Shown here one piece after another: positions 1 to 9,006 of a DNA stretch of 64,000 nucleotides. The notes below the pieces were generated by a model, which searched no databases, was not told the origin of the DNA, and worked only from the letters and a program-made list of their open reading frames with translations. The translations under genes were made by a program, and so were the position numbers. This DNA comes from Candidatus Multivoradales bacterium (GTDB lineage: Bacteria; Acidobacteriota; Thermoanaerobaculia; Multivoradales; Multivoraceae). The stretch's first letter is position 1. Each line of letters begins with the position of its first letter. The DNA lies in contig CBDCWI010000001.1 in NCBI GenBank assembly GCA_965223325.1, forward strand, positions 1,696,001-1,760,000. The letters are read 5' to 3'.

Positions 1-693
1 ACAGGCGTAGAACGAGTGGTAACGCACCATGTAGAGGGCCGGCTCTGGTAGATAGTCCTTGACCACCTGGTAGAGATACTCGTCGTGACCCCACGACATG
101 TGCACCGCGTCGAGGCCGCAACCCCGCTCGTAGATTCCGAGCTCGCTGGAGTACTCCGGGTTCGACGCATCGGGGTTGGCGGCGAAGAACTCCGGGTAGA
201 CAATCGCCTCGGAGAACGCACAACCCACTGGGAACGTATCGCCGACGACCGCCCACTGCGGCTCGCCCCACAGGCAGAGCACCTTGCCGAGATCGTGCAG
301 GAAGCCAGTGAGGATGAACCACTCCGGGTGGCCATCGGCGCGGATCGCTTCGGCGGTCTGCAGCAGATGCTGAAGCTGTGAGAGGTCGATGTCGGGATCG
401 GAGTCGTCGACCAGCGTGTCGAGGTACTCGAGCGCCTGCCAGGGCGTCATGCGCTGGCGGTCGAGCGTTCCGAACTCCGCCTTCTTGGCGAGCACGAAGT
501 CGAGCGTCTGGTGTTGGTGGTTGAGGCGGTAGAACTCCTCCACCGTGTCGCGCGCTGGGTCGTCGTAGTTGCGGTAGTCCTCGCGCGCCTTGGCGGCTAC
601 ACCGTTCGCTTCCGGATAGACGTGCTCGACGAAGTCTTCCCAGTCGTCGAGAGAGGCGAGAGGTTGCGCTTCGGGGTCTTGAGCTTGGTTCAC
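1..693 (-). CDS. miox: myo-inositol oxygenase (HD-domain diiron), 3'-truncated by the window edge
   Basis: Not in the ORF track. Manual translation from GTG at 693 (GGAG RBS upstream) gives ...[10 protein letters not shown]...[25 protein letters not shown]...[10 protein letters not shown]...[15 protein letters not shown]...SWGHDEYLY...RYHSFY, the MIOX motifs. Confidence 0.9.
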   Translation of the reverse strand, partial: MNQAQDPEAQPLASLDDWEDFVEHVYPEANGVAAKAREDYRNYDDPARDTVEEFYRLNHQHQTLDFVLAKKAEFGTLDRQRMTPWQALEYLDTLVDDSDPDIDLSQLQHLLQTAEAIRADGHPEWFILTGFLHDLGKVLCLWGEPQWAVVGDTFPVGCAFSEAIVYPEFFAANPDASNPEYSSELGIYERGCGLDAVHMSWGHDEYLYQVVKDYLPEPALYMVRYHSFYAC

Positions 694-765
694 GTTGGGA
701 TTGCTCCGGGTCAGGTACCTGGGTTACTCCCATTCTAGGCGCCGCCGGCACTGACTCCCCGCCGC

Positions 766-1824
766 CTACTGGGCGATACAGGTCTCGGCAGTTTCCTGGG
801 TGCAGACATCGAGGCCGGTCAGGATCGGGTCGGGGACGTCGAGCGGCTCCCCGGCCGCCTCGGCCGCCAGCACCTCGGCCAGCAGATGCATGGCGCGATA
901 GCCCATCTCGTAGGGGCGCTGGCCAACTTGACCGTGGCTGAGCCCCTCCCGCAGGAGGGCCATCTGCATCGGCAGGGTGTCGGTCACCAGAACATGAATG
1001 TCACCGGATTCAAGGCGCTCCCGGTGCACCTGGACCGCCTGACGGTAGGCCTGGTCGACGAACTGCGGAAAGCCGCCGGTGGCGACAAAGGCAGCGAGAC
1101 CGTCGATCGAGGCGAGGGCGTCGGTCATCTGTTGAACGGCGAGGGGAAAATCGTCGTTGGAATACAACGGACACGCCGGCGCTTCGATCCAACCGTTGAC
1201 GCCCTCGAGGCGGTCTCCCGGAGGAGCCTCCGATGGCACGCCGCTCAAGGTGTCGCGCAGACCCTGCATGCGCTCGTTGTGGTTCTGAGCCGCTGCACCG
1301 CCAGACTGGATGCAAAGGGTGCCGGCGGCCGGCCGAAGAGTCTGTAGGAGCCGGCCGAGCTCGACACCAATCTCACGGTTGTCGGTGCCGATGTAGGTCA
1401 GACGCAGATGCTGGTCTTCGGCAAGAAGATCCGAATCCCAGGTGATCACCGGGATACCTGCCTGCGCAGCCCGCCCGAGCACCGAAGCCATCGCCGGCGC
1501 GTTCGACGGTGCGATCGCCAGAGCGTCGACGCCGCGCGTGATGAGGTCCTGGACAATCTGAATCTGCTCCGCCTCGGTGGCCTCACCCGGGCCGATGTAT
1601 TCACAACGGGTGTGCTCGAGCTCGGCCTCGGCCGCTTTGCAGCCGTCGCGCGCCTGGTCGAAGAACGGGTTGTTCATCGCCTTGGGGACGACCGCAATGG
1701 TGATCATCTCGGCGCTCTCGGGCTCTCCTCCCTGGCAGCTTGCGAGGAGGAGCACAGAAAGGACAGGGGACGCTAGCGCAACCAGAGCACGGGCCGGCGC
1801 AATCAAACAGGGGCGGGCGATCAA
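766..1824 (-). CDS. sugar (ribose/inositol-type) ABC transporter substrate-binding lipoprotein
   Basis: Lipobox LLLASC; VVPKAMNNPFF, IPVITWDSD, YIGTDN, VGQRPYEMGY (periplasmic binding protein type 1). TTG start at 1824 has an AAGGAGAG RBS. Confidence 0.9.
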   Translation of the reverse strand: MIARPCLIAPARALVALASPVLSVLLLASCQGGEPESAEMITIAVVPKAMNNPFFDQARDGCKAAEAELEHTRCEYIGPGEATEAEQIQIVQDLITRGVDALAIAPSNAPAMASVLGRAAQAGIPVITWDSDLLAEDQHLRLTYIGTDNREIGVELGRLLQTLRPAAGTLCIQSGGAAAQNHNERMQGLRDTLSGVPSEAPPGDRLEGVNGWIEAPACPLYSNDDFPLAVQQMTDALASIDGLAAFVATGGFPQFVDQAYRQAVQVHRERLESGDIHVLVTDTLPMQMALLREGLSHGQVGQRPYEMGYRAMHLLAEVLAAEAAGEPLDVPDPILTGLDVCTQETAETCIAQ

Positions 1825-1888
1825 ATCGAAGCTCTCCTTCTTTCTTTCTCTCTCTCTCGTCTCTGGCGCCGACTCTAGCGCTCCGCCT

Positions 1889-2833
1889 TCAGGCCTCTTC
1901 ACCGCGGTGCCGAAAGCGCTCGAGCACCACGGCAAGAATAATGAACCCGCCAACGAAGGCTCCCTGCCAGTAGGGGTCGACGCCGAGCAACAGGAGGGCA
2001 TTGCGGATGAGTTCGATCAGAGCCGCACCCAGAACCGCACCGAGCGCTCCGCCTTCACCACCCATCAGGTTGGCGCCACCGAGAACCGAAGCCGCGATGA
2101 CCCGCAGTTCATAGCCCTGGCCGAGGGCATTGGTGACCGCACCCAGCCAACCCACCATCAAGACCGCCGAGACGCCAGCGAGAAAGCTCGACAACACGTA
2201 GGCCAGCGTCTTGACCCTCGCGACCGGCACACCGGTGCGCACGGCTGCCTCTTCGTTACCACCGATGGCATAGAGGTAACGACCCCAACGGGTCGCCCGC
2301 AAGAGGAACACGACGATGGCAACCGCTGCCACCAGGATCCAGACCGGGTTTGCCAGGCCGAGAGTCGAGCCGCCGCCGAGAGCCAGAAAGCGCTCCTCGT
2401 CGGGCCCGAGGTCGTGGAACATACGGTTGTTCGACACCACGAGAGCAAGCGAGCGGGCAATCGAAAGCATGCCGAGAGTGACCACGAAAGGCGACAGTCG
2501 CAAATAGGCGATCAAGACTCCGTTGGCCAGCCCACAGAGAAGCGCCACTCCAAGGCCCGCTAGAACACCGGCCTCCATACCGCCACCCGAAGCCAGAACG
2601 AGCCCGGTGGTCACACCTGAGAGACCCATCACAGAACCCACCGAAAGGTCGATGCCGGCCGTCAGGATGACCGCGGTCTGCCCGAGCGCCGCGATGGCTA
2701 CAAAGGCGAAGTTGCGGCTGAGGTTGAAGAGGTTGCCGCCGGTGGCAAAGCTCTCGGTCGAGAACGTCATGAACAACGAAAGCAAAAGAGCCGCCAGCGC
2801 GATCCAGAACGGCTGGGTCATGCGGGCGGCCAT
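1889..2833 (-). CDS. sugar ABC transporter permease (RbsC-like)
   Basis: GIDLSVGS, GRYLYAIGGNEEAA, YELRVIAASVLGG; hydrophobic. Start trimmed to ATG 2833. Confidence 0.92.
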   Translation of the reverse strand: MAARMTQPFWIALAALLLSLFMTFSTESFATGGNLFNLSRNFAFVAIAALGQTAVILTAGIDLSVGSVMGLSGVTTGLVLASGGGMEAGVLAGLGVALLCGLANGVLIAYLRLSPFVVTLGMLSIARSLALVVSNNRMFHDLGPDEERFLALGGGSTLGLANPVWILVAAVAIVVFLLRATRWGRYLYAIGGNEEAAVRTGVPVARVKTLAYVLSSFLAGVSAVLMVGWLGAVTNALGQGYELRVIAASVLGGANLMGGEGGALGAVLGAALIELIRNALLLLGVDPYWQGAFVGGFIILAVVLERFRHRGEEA

Positions 2834-2856
2834 GGTTGGCCGTGCTATTTCACCAC

Positions 2857-3606
2857 TCAAGGCGAGCCCTCTCCGCGAATCGCACCGGTGATCAAACCGG
2901 TGATCTCTTCGGGCGTTGTGCTGGCCGTCTCGAGGTCGGCGACCTTCTCCCCGCGCCTGAGCACCACCAGTCGATCGCAGGTGCTGAACACGTCCGGCAT
3001 CCGGTGGCTGACCAACAACACCGCCACTCCCCGCTCCTTGAGCCGACGAATGAGCGCCAGCACCTCGGCGACCTGTTTGACGCTGATCGCCGCCGTTGGT
3101 TCGTCGAACAAGACGATCCGTGCATCGGCCAGCCGGGTGCGGGCAATGGCCACTGCCTGGCGCTGACCACCCGACAGATTGGCCACCAGATCGTCGGGTC
3201 GGGCATCCGAGCCCAGCTCGTCGAGGAGCGTGTGCGCACGGTGACGCATCGCTGCGCGGTCCAGGACCCGGAAAGGACCCACACCGCGCAACGCCTCGCG
3301 ACCGAGGAAGAGATTCTCCGTGGCGGTCAGATTCGGACACAGCGCCAGGTCCTGGTAGACGACCTCGATGCCAGCGGCGCGTGCGTCGGTCGCTCGACGA
3401 AAGCGCTGTTTCTGCCCAGCCAACCGAATTGCGCCGGCCGTCGGCCGAAGATTCCCAGCGACCAGCTTCAGAAGCGTCGACTTGCCCGCGCCGTTGTCAC
3501 CGAGTAGACCCACCGCCTCGCCCGCGTCGACCGTGAGGTCAACGCCGGCCAGCGCCCGCACGCCACCGAAGTCGCGGTACAGGTCAGAGATTTCGAGCAG
3601 GGACAC
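2857..3606 (-). CDS. sugar ABC transporter ATP-binding protein
   Basis: Walker A GDNGAGKS, signature LSGGQ, Walker B FDEPT. Confidence 0.93.
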   Translation of the reverse strand: MSLLEISDLYRDFGGVRALAGVDLTVDAGEAVGLLGDNGAGKSTLLKLVAGNLRPTAGAIRLAGQKQRFRRATDARAAGIEVVYQDLALCPNLTATENLFLGREALRGVGPFRVLDRAAMRHRAHTLLDELGSDARPDDLVANLSGGQRQAVAIARTRLADARIVLFDEPTAAISVKQVAEVLALIRRLKERGVAVLLVSHRMPDVFSTCDRLVVLRRGEKVADLETASTTPEEITGLITGAIRGEGSP

Positions 3607-3726
3607 CTCGCCAGCCTACCGCCCTCCTTGGTGGCACCCGGCAGGGCTCGACCCGGTGGGCGGCAGGCGCGATAAGCTTGAGGGAGTACCTGCCCCATGC
3701 ACTACCGATACGAACGAGGACACCCC

Positions 3727-4794
3727 ATGATCCGCCTCCTCTTGATCGCCAGTCTCTTGCTGCCGGCCGCGACCTCTAGCGCGCTCGCTTCCGAGGGCGA
3801 CATCCCGCGTACACCCTCCGGCCACCCCGACCTGAGCGGCACCTACAACATCGCCACCCTGACGCCAATGCAGCGGCCGAGAGAGTTCGGCGACAACCTC
3901 TACCTGACCCCCGAACAGGCCGAGGCGATCATCGAGGAGGAGCGCGCCCAGATCGCCAAGGGCGCCGCTCCGAGTGACCCCGACCGCGGCGCCCCGAGCG
4001 AGGGTGGCGCCGCACCGGTGGGCCTCGACGAGTCACAGCGCGAAAATCTCGGCGCCGGCAACGTCGGCGGCTACAACAACTTCTGGATCGATCGGGGCGA
4101 CTCGGTGGTCGAGATCGACGGCAAGTTCCGCACCTCGATCATCAGCGAGCCATCCAACGGTCGCTACCCACCGCTCACCCCGGGCGCAATGCAGAAGCTC
4201 GCCGGTCTACGCGATCTCTTCCGGCCCAACGACGGTACCGCCTACTGGGCCGACTGGGATCGCCCCGGCCCCTACGACAACATGGAGCAGCGCCCCCTGG
4301 CGGAGCGTTGCCTGACGAGCTTCGCCTCCACCGTTCCGGCGAGCCCGGCGCTCTACAACAACTACAAGCGCATCATCCAGACCGAAGACCGTGTGCTGAT
4401 CCTCAACGAGATGGTCCACGACGCGCGGGTCGTGCGAATGAACGCGGAACACCTTCCCGACGACGTCCGTCTGTGGCTGGGCGACTCGATCGGCTGGTGG
4501 GAAGGCGACACCCTGGTGGTCGATACCACCAACTTCCGCGACGAGCCCGGCAGCTTCGGCAGCCTCTCCCCAACCCTGCACGTGGTCGAGCGCTTCACGC
4601 GTCGCGACGCGGACTCACTGCTCTACGAGTTCGAGGTCTCCGACCCGGAGCGGTTTCAGACGTCCTACAAGGGCGACTACATCTGGCCGGCCGCCGATGG
4701 CCAGGTCTACGAGTATGCCTGCCACGAGGGCAACCATGCGCTCGGTGGCATCATGCGCGGCGCGCGGGTTCTCGAGGCCGACGCCGCGAAGTAG
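3727..4794 (+). CDS. conserved secreted protein of unknown function
   Basis: Signal peptide MIRLLLIASLLLPAATSSALA; GHPDLSG, GDSIGWWEGDTLVVDTTNF, YEYACHEGN motifs; GAGG RBS. Confidence 0.8.
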   Translation: MIRLLLIASLLLPAATSSALASEGDIPRTPSGHPDLSGTYNIATLTPMQRPREFGDNLYLTPEQAEAIIEEERAQIAKGAAPSDPDRGAPSEGGAAPVGLDESQRENLGAGNVGGYNNFWIDRGDSVVEIDGKFRTSIISEPSNGRYPPLTPGAMQKLAGLRDLFRPNDGTAYWADWDRPGPYDNMEQRPLAERCLTSFASTVPASPALYNNYKRIIQTEDRVLILNEMVHDARVVRMNAEHLPDDVRLWLGDSIGWWEGDTLVVDTTNFRDEPGSFGSLSPTLHVVERFTRRDADSLLYEFEVSDPERFQTSYKGDYIWPAADGQVYEYACHEGNHALGGIMRGARVLEADAAK

Positions 4795-4831
4795 CCGCAG
4801 TAGCTCTGCGAGACCGCACCTCGACGCCGGG

Positions 4832-6274
4832 TCACTCGATGTAGCCGAGAGCGCGAAGTTCATCACGGTCGGCCTCGTCGAGGTCGACCCTTTCGCGCTC
4901 ACCGCTCGGGGACAACGGCTTACGGTCGCGCAGCAGCGCCTCGTCTGCCAGGCGGTTGATGTCTGGCCGTTGTTCCGCCAGCGAGTTCGACTCGGTGACG
5001 TCAATCGACGTCAGGTAAAGCTCGCCTTGCCGCGGCGCAGGAAAACGCAGCCGGTGCCAGAGCTCGCGCCCCTGGTAGTACGTCGACCAGCTCCCAGAGC
5101 CGTCGGTGGCGTGTGCAAAGCGAGCTTCGGATACTCCGGCGCGACGGCTCTCTGCGAGCAAACTGGAGAAACCGCGCGTCGCCGCGAGGCCTTCCATGGG
5201 CACTCCAGCGAGGGCCGCAAGAGTCGGTGCAAGGCCAACGATCTCTACCAACGTGGGTTCCCGTCGCGATGAAACATCGGGATGGAGAACGAGAAGTGGG
5301 ACGTGCAGGATCTCGTCGTAGAGCTGGTGATGGTTGAGGCTGCCGTGATCCATGAACTCCTCACCGTGGTCTGACGTGACGACGACCACCGAGTCCTCCA
5401 GAACTCCGCGCGCATCGAGCTCGGCGAAGAAGCCTTCGAGCACCGAATCGAGCGAGCGGATCTCGGCGTCGTAGAGCGCCACCAGCCAGCGACGGACGTT
5501 GTCTGGGATCTGCCGATCTTCTTCCTGCGCGCGGCGCAGCTCGGGGCCAGTCGGCGGAAAGGCGTCGGGCGGCGCGGGCCCTTCCCAGAACATCTCGAGC
5601 CACTCCGGCTCGGGAACGTAGGGAGCGTGCACGGCATAGGTGTGCAGGAAGAGAAAGAAGGGCTCGTCGGCCGCCAGGCCGTCGAGAAAACGCAGGCCAC
5701 GGTCGAAGGTCTTTTTGACCTGGTTTCGGCCCTGGCGATCGCGCGAATCGAAGTCATCGAAGCCACGCCTGAAACCGTAGCGACCTCGCATGTAGCCACC
5801 CTCGGTGTAGCCGGCGGTGCGAAAGCCACCGCGCTTCAAAACCTCGGCGAGAAGCGGTGTGTCTTCGGCCAGCTTCCCGTCGGGCGGAAAGACCCCGTGC
5901 TCCCAGGGGAAGAAGCCCGTCAGCATGCTCACGTGGGAGGTCAAGGTACTCGGAAACTGCACCACAGCGCGATCGAACACCACTGCCCGCTCCGCCAGCC
6001 GATCGAGAAACGGGCTGGTGTCTCTGCTGTAACCGTAGAGACCGAGGTGGTCGGCACGCAGCGTGTCGAGCGAGATGAGAACCAACCCGCGCACCGGCTC
6101 GAGTCGAGCCACGGGTTCGCCACGCGCTGTGGCCTCCGAAACGGCCCCAGGAGGCGCCTCGGCATCGCCAGCGCAGCCACAGATCACGACGCAGATCACG
6201 ACGCCAAGGGCCAGTGACAGAGCGCCACTAGAACCGGCGGACCGGTACCTGCGCTTGGGTCTAGGAGCTGTCAT
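4832..6274 (-). CDS. sulfatase-like hydrolase (alkaline phosphatase superfamily)
   Basis: LISLDTLRADHLG, STLTSHVSMLTG, FLHTYAVHAPY, TSDHGEEF, LRALGY C-terminus. Start approximate. Confidence 0.88.
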   Translation of the reverse strand: MTAPRPKRRYRSAGSSGALSLALGVVICVVICGCAGDAEAPPGAVSEATARGEPVARLEPVRGLVLISLDTLRADHLGLYGYSRDTSPFLDRLAERAVVFDRAVVQFPSTLTSHVSMLTGFFPWEHGVFPPDGKLAEDTPLLAEVLKRGGFRTAGYTEGGYMRGRYGFRRGFDDFDSRDRQGRNQVKKTFDRGLRFLDGLAADEPFFLFLHTYAVHAPYVPEPEWLEMFWEGPAPPDAFPPTGPELRRAQEEDRQIPDNVRRWLVALYDAEIRSLDSVLEGFFAELDARGVLEDSVVVVTSDHGEEFMDHGSLNHHQLYDEILHVPLLVLHPDVSSRREPTLVEIVGLAPTLAALAGVPMEGLAATRGFSSLLAESRRAGVSEARFAHATDGSGSWSTYYQGRELWHRLRFPAPRQGELYLTSIDVTESNSLAEQRPDINRLADEALLRDRKPLSPSGERERVDLDEADRDELRALGYIE

Positions 6275-6490
6275 CAGAGGCCTTTCGGTCGGCAGATCGG
6301 AGGGGTCGAGGTCAGAAGTGTCACATGTCCGACCACCCCTTGTCCTCGGTTTCTCAGCCGAGCGGTGAAACATTTCTCCGCCCTTCCGGAAGGAGTTCCA
6401 AGAAGCCGACCCAGCAACCATTGCCAAGGATCGACCCATGACCCCCTCATCCACGCCGACCGGGCACGTGCTCCACCCTGGAGCAACGTC

Positions 6491-8542
6491 GTGAGCATGT
6501 GGACGGGCGGGGCGCTCGGGTTCGGCAACTGGATGGCCAGTCTGGGCGGCGCAGGCGATCTCGACGCCACGGACCGGGGTTCCGACCCCAGCGTGGACTC
6601 CGGAGGCAGCTTCGGTTTGTTCGGCGACGGCTATCAACGCGCCGAAAGCGGCGGCCTCTTCGACCCTCCTGGTCAGCTCAGCGAGCAAGAGCCAGAAGCG
6701 GCCTTCGACCTGGGGCTCGACGAGAGTCGGCTCTTCGACCTTGACCTCGATCAGGGCGGCGACTGGTGGCTGGACGAACCCTCCGACCTCGGCAACGACC
6801 CCTGGTGGAGCGCGGGCGACGAGGAAACCGAGTTCGATCTCGGCCTCGACGAGTCGTGGACGAACAGCATCCTCAGCCCCGGCGCGCCCGACGAAGAGCG
6901 CCTCTTCGATCTCGGCCTCGAAGACTTCTGGCTCCCCGACTCCTGGCAGTCGTCGGAAGGAGCCGAGCCCGACGACGCCTTCGATCGCCTGGAACCCCTA
7001 CCAGAGAGCCCCGGCTACACCATGACCGCCAGACCAGGCGACACGCTGTGGGACATGGCGCAGCAACTCGGCGTTGAACTGCGCCTTCTGACCGAGACCA
7101 ACCCTCACCTGGCGGACGGCAACCTGCGACCGGGCGACAAGGTCATCGTGCCCACCGCGCTCTACATCGACACCACCTCGGTCGTTGGTGCGGACCCACA
7201 GCGACTCGCCCAGGAAGATGCTTTCCAACGTCAGCAGCACATCGACCAGGTCACGAGGGCCATCAACAAGACCCTCGACGCCAACCTGTCGATCGGAACG
7301 CGCTCGGCCCGGCTCCTTCAGCAGGTTCACGACGCCGGAGCGGGCAACGGCCAAGCGCTCCTCGAAGCGCTGGGCCCCGAGGGTCAAGATCGGTTGATGC
7401 GGGCGTTTCGTGCCGCCGACCGCGACCTCGTGCAGGAACGCATTCATGCCCTCGACGGTGGAACGATCGACTTCACCGAACCGGCCGTCGAACAACTCTT
7501 CTACGGCCTCTTCGAAGGTCTCACTGAGGGAGCAGTCGACTCCGTCGAGTTCGCCAAGGCACTCTTTCGCGGCCGCACCTACAAGGAACTCGGCGCCTTC
7601 GGCTGGAAGGTCTTCCAGGCAACGAACCCCGCCGTTCGCACCCTGAATCCCGAAGCCCACTACGCCGCCCAGGCCGACCTACTCCTCATGGCCGACGGCG
7701 CCTGGTCGGCCTTTCGCGACCAATGGAAAGAGGCCAGGGAGACGGGCACCGAGACTCGCTTCATCGCCGAGATAGCCGGCAAAGGGACCTTCGAGCTCCT
7801 CCTCACCCGCGGAGCCGGTGCAGCCGCAGCAGGCACAAAGCGGACGATCGAAATCGGCCTCGGCGCCGGCCTCCCGCCGCGCCTCGCCACCAGGCTCGGC
7901 CAGACCGCAGCTCTGCTCGACGACGCCCAGGTCGAACGGCTCGGTGAGATCCTCGAGAACGCCACCCCGGAAGACATCGCGCGCATGAAGAACGGCGACT
8001 TGACCGAGGCCCTGGCCGTCAACCCGGACATTCTCGAAGCCTGGTCGGAAGTCCTCATCGCACAGGGACTTCGCCACTCCACCAACGCCTCGACCTGGGC
8101 CGCAATGGTCGAAGGCCTACAGCGCTCCGGGACCGGCTCGAGGCTCGGCACCCCGGAGACCCGCCACCAGGTCGACGCCTACCGCAACGGCAGGATGGTC
8201 GCGGATCTGGCGACAATGGCGACCAAGAACCCCAACGCCCGCACGATCGTGCTCGGCAAGTTCAACGAAGGCGGCGTCTCCTACGCGCAAGTCGCGAGAG
8301 ATCTCGAACTGACCTACTTCGAGCTCGACCCCTGGACCCGGGTCGCTGGTAGTTTGGGAGACGACGCGATGTGGGAGATCAACAAGGCTTTTCTCAAACA
8401 GCAGCTTGCTCAGGGGAAGGGCATTGTCTTGACGCACGACCCCTGGAAAGCGACCGGCTACTTCAAACGGGAGGTAAGACACCTACTGAGGGCCGGCTAC
8501 ACGTTCACCAGAGTTGGATCCGAATGGAGGGCCGTCAGATGA
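6491..8542 (+). CDS. LysM-domain protein with acidic repeats and a putative C-terminal toxin domain
   Basis: LysM-like YTMTARPGDTLWDMAQQLGV...NPHLADGNLRPGDKVIVP; N-terminal FDLGLDE repeats; compact C-terminal domain; overlaps the next gene by ATGA. Start approximate (GGAG RBS before GTG 6491). Confidence 0.7.
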   Translation: MSMWTGGALGFGNWMASLGGAGDLDATDRGSDPSVDSGGSFGLFGDGYQRAESGGLFDPPGQLSEQEPEAAFDLGLDESRLFDLDLDQGGDWWLDEPSDLGNDPWWSAGDEETEFDLGLDESWTNSILSPGAPDEERLFDLGLEDFWLPDSWQSSEGAEPDDAFDRLEPLPESPGYTMTARPGDTLWDMAQQLGVELRLLTETNPHLADGNLRPGDKVIVPTALYIDTTSVVGADPQRLAQEDAFQRQQHIDQVTRAINKTLDANLSIGTRSARLLQQVHDAGAGNGQALLEALGPEGQDRLMRAFRAADRDLVQERIHALDGGTIDFTEPAVEQLFYGLFEGLTEGAVDSVEFAKALFRGRTYKELGAFGWKVFQATNPAVRTLNPEAHYAAQADLLLMADGAWSAFRDQWKEARETGTETRFIAEIAGKGTFELLLTRGAGAAAAGTKRTIEIGLGAGLPPRLATRLGQTAALLDDAQVERLGEILENATPEDIARMKNGDLTEALAVNPDILEAWSEVLIAQGLRHSTNASTWAAMVEGLQRSGTGSRLGTPETRHQVDAYRNGRMVADLATMATKNPNARTIVLGKFNEGGVSYAQVARDLELTYFELDPWTRVAGSLGDDAMWEINKAFLKQQLAQGKGIVLTHDPWKATGYFKREVRHLLRAGYTFTRVGSEWRAVR

Positions 8543-8907
8543 CCAACGAGGACCTGGAAGCCGCTCTCAAGCGGGCCGATGCGGCTGACCGACATGACTA
8601 CCGCGGCCTTCGCGAAGTCACGGACAACGTTCACCAGAGCTTCAAAGGACGAGGCGGCTTCTTCAAGATCAACCCTTTCGTCCATGAAGACGATGAATTC
8701 CATGTCTTCGTCTTCTTCAACCTCGACCGCAACATCGAGGCCGCACACGAAAGCGGCCTGCTCGCCGAAATCGAAGACGCAATCTACGAAGAGCTCGAGA
8801 AAGTCGGTCGCGGGACACGTGACGAGATCTCGGTCCAACTCGAAGTCGACTCGGACGAGAACGTCCAACGGAACTACAACGGCTCCTACTTCAATCGTCT
8901 ACGCTAG
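8539..8907 (+). CDS. small acidic protein, putative immunity protein
   Basis: ATG 8539 overlaps the upstream TGA (ATGA) with a GGAGG RBS; 122 aa, acidic, ends DSDENVQRNYNGSYFNRLR. Confidence 0.65.
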   Translation: MTNEDLEAALKRADAADRHDYRGLREVTDNVHQSFKGRGGFFKINPFVHEDDEFHVFVFFNLDRNIEAAHESGLLAEIEDAIYEELEKVGRGTRDEISVQLEVDSDENVQRNYNGSYFNRLR

Positions 8908-9006
8908 CGCTCACCCAGCGGGAGCGTCTGGTCGATCTCGAACTCGACGATCTCGACGAGAAGACCACCGCCCCAACCGGCCCCACCCCAATCGCCTACG
9001 CCACCC

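Noticed and set aside
1836-1864. CT/GA-rich tract upstream of the binding-protein gene
   Set aside because: Short low-complexity purine-rich leader; no evidence for phase variation.
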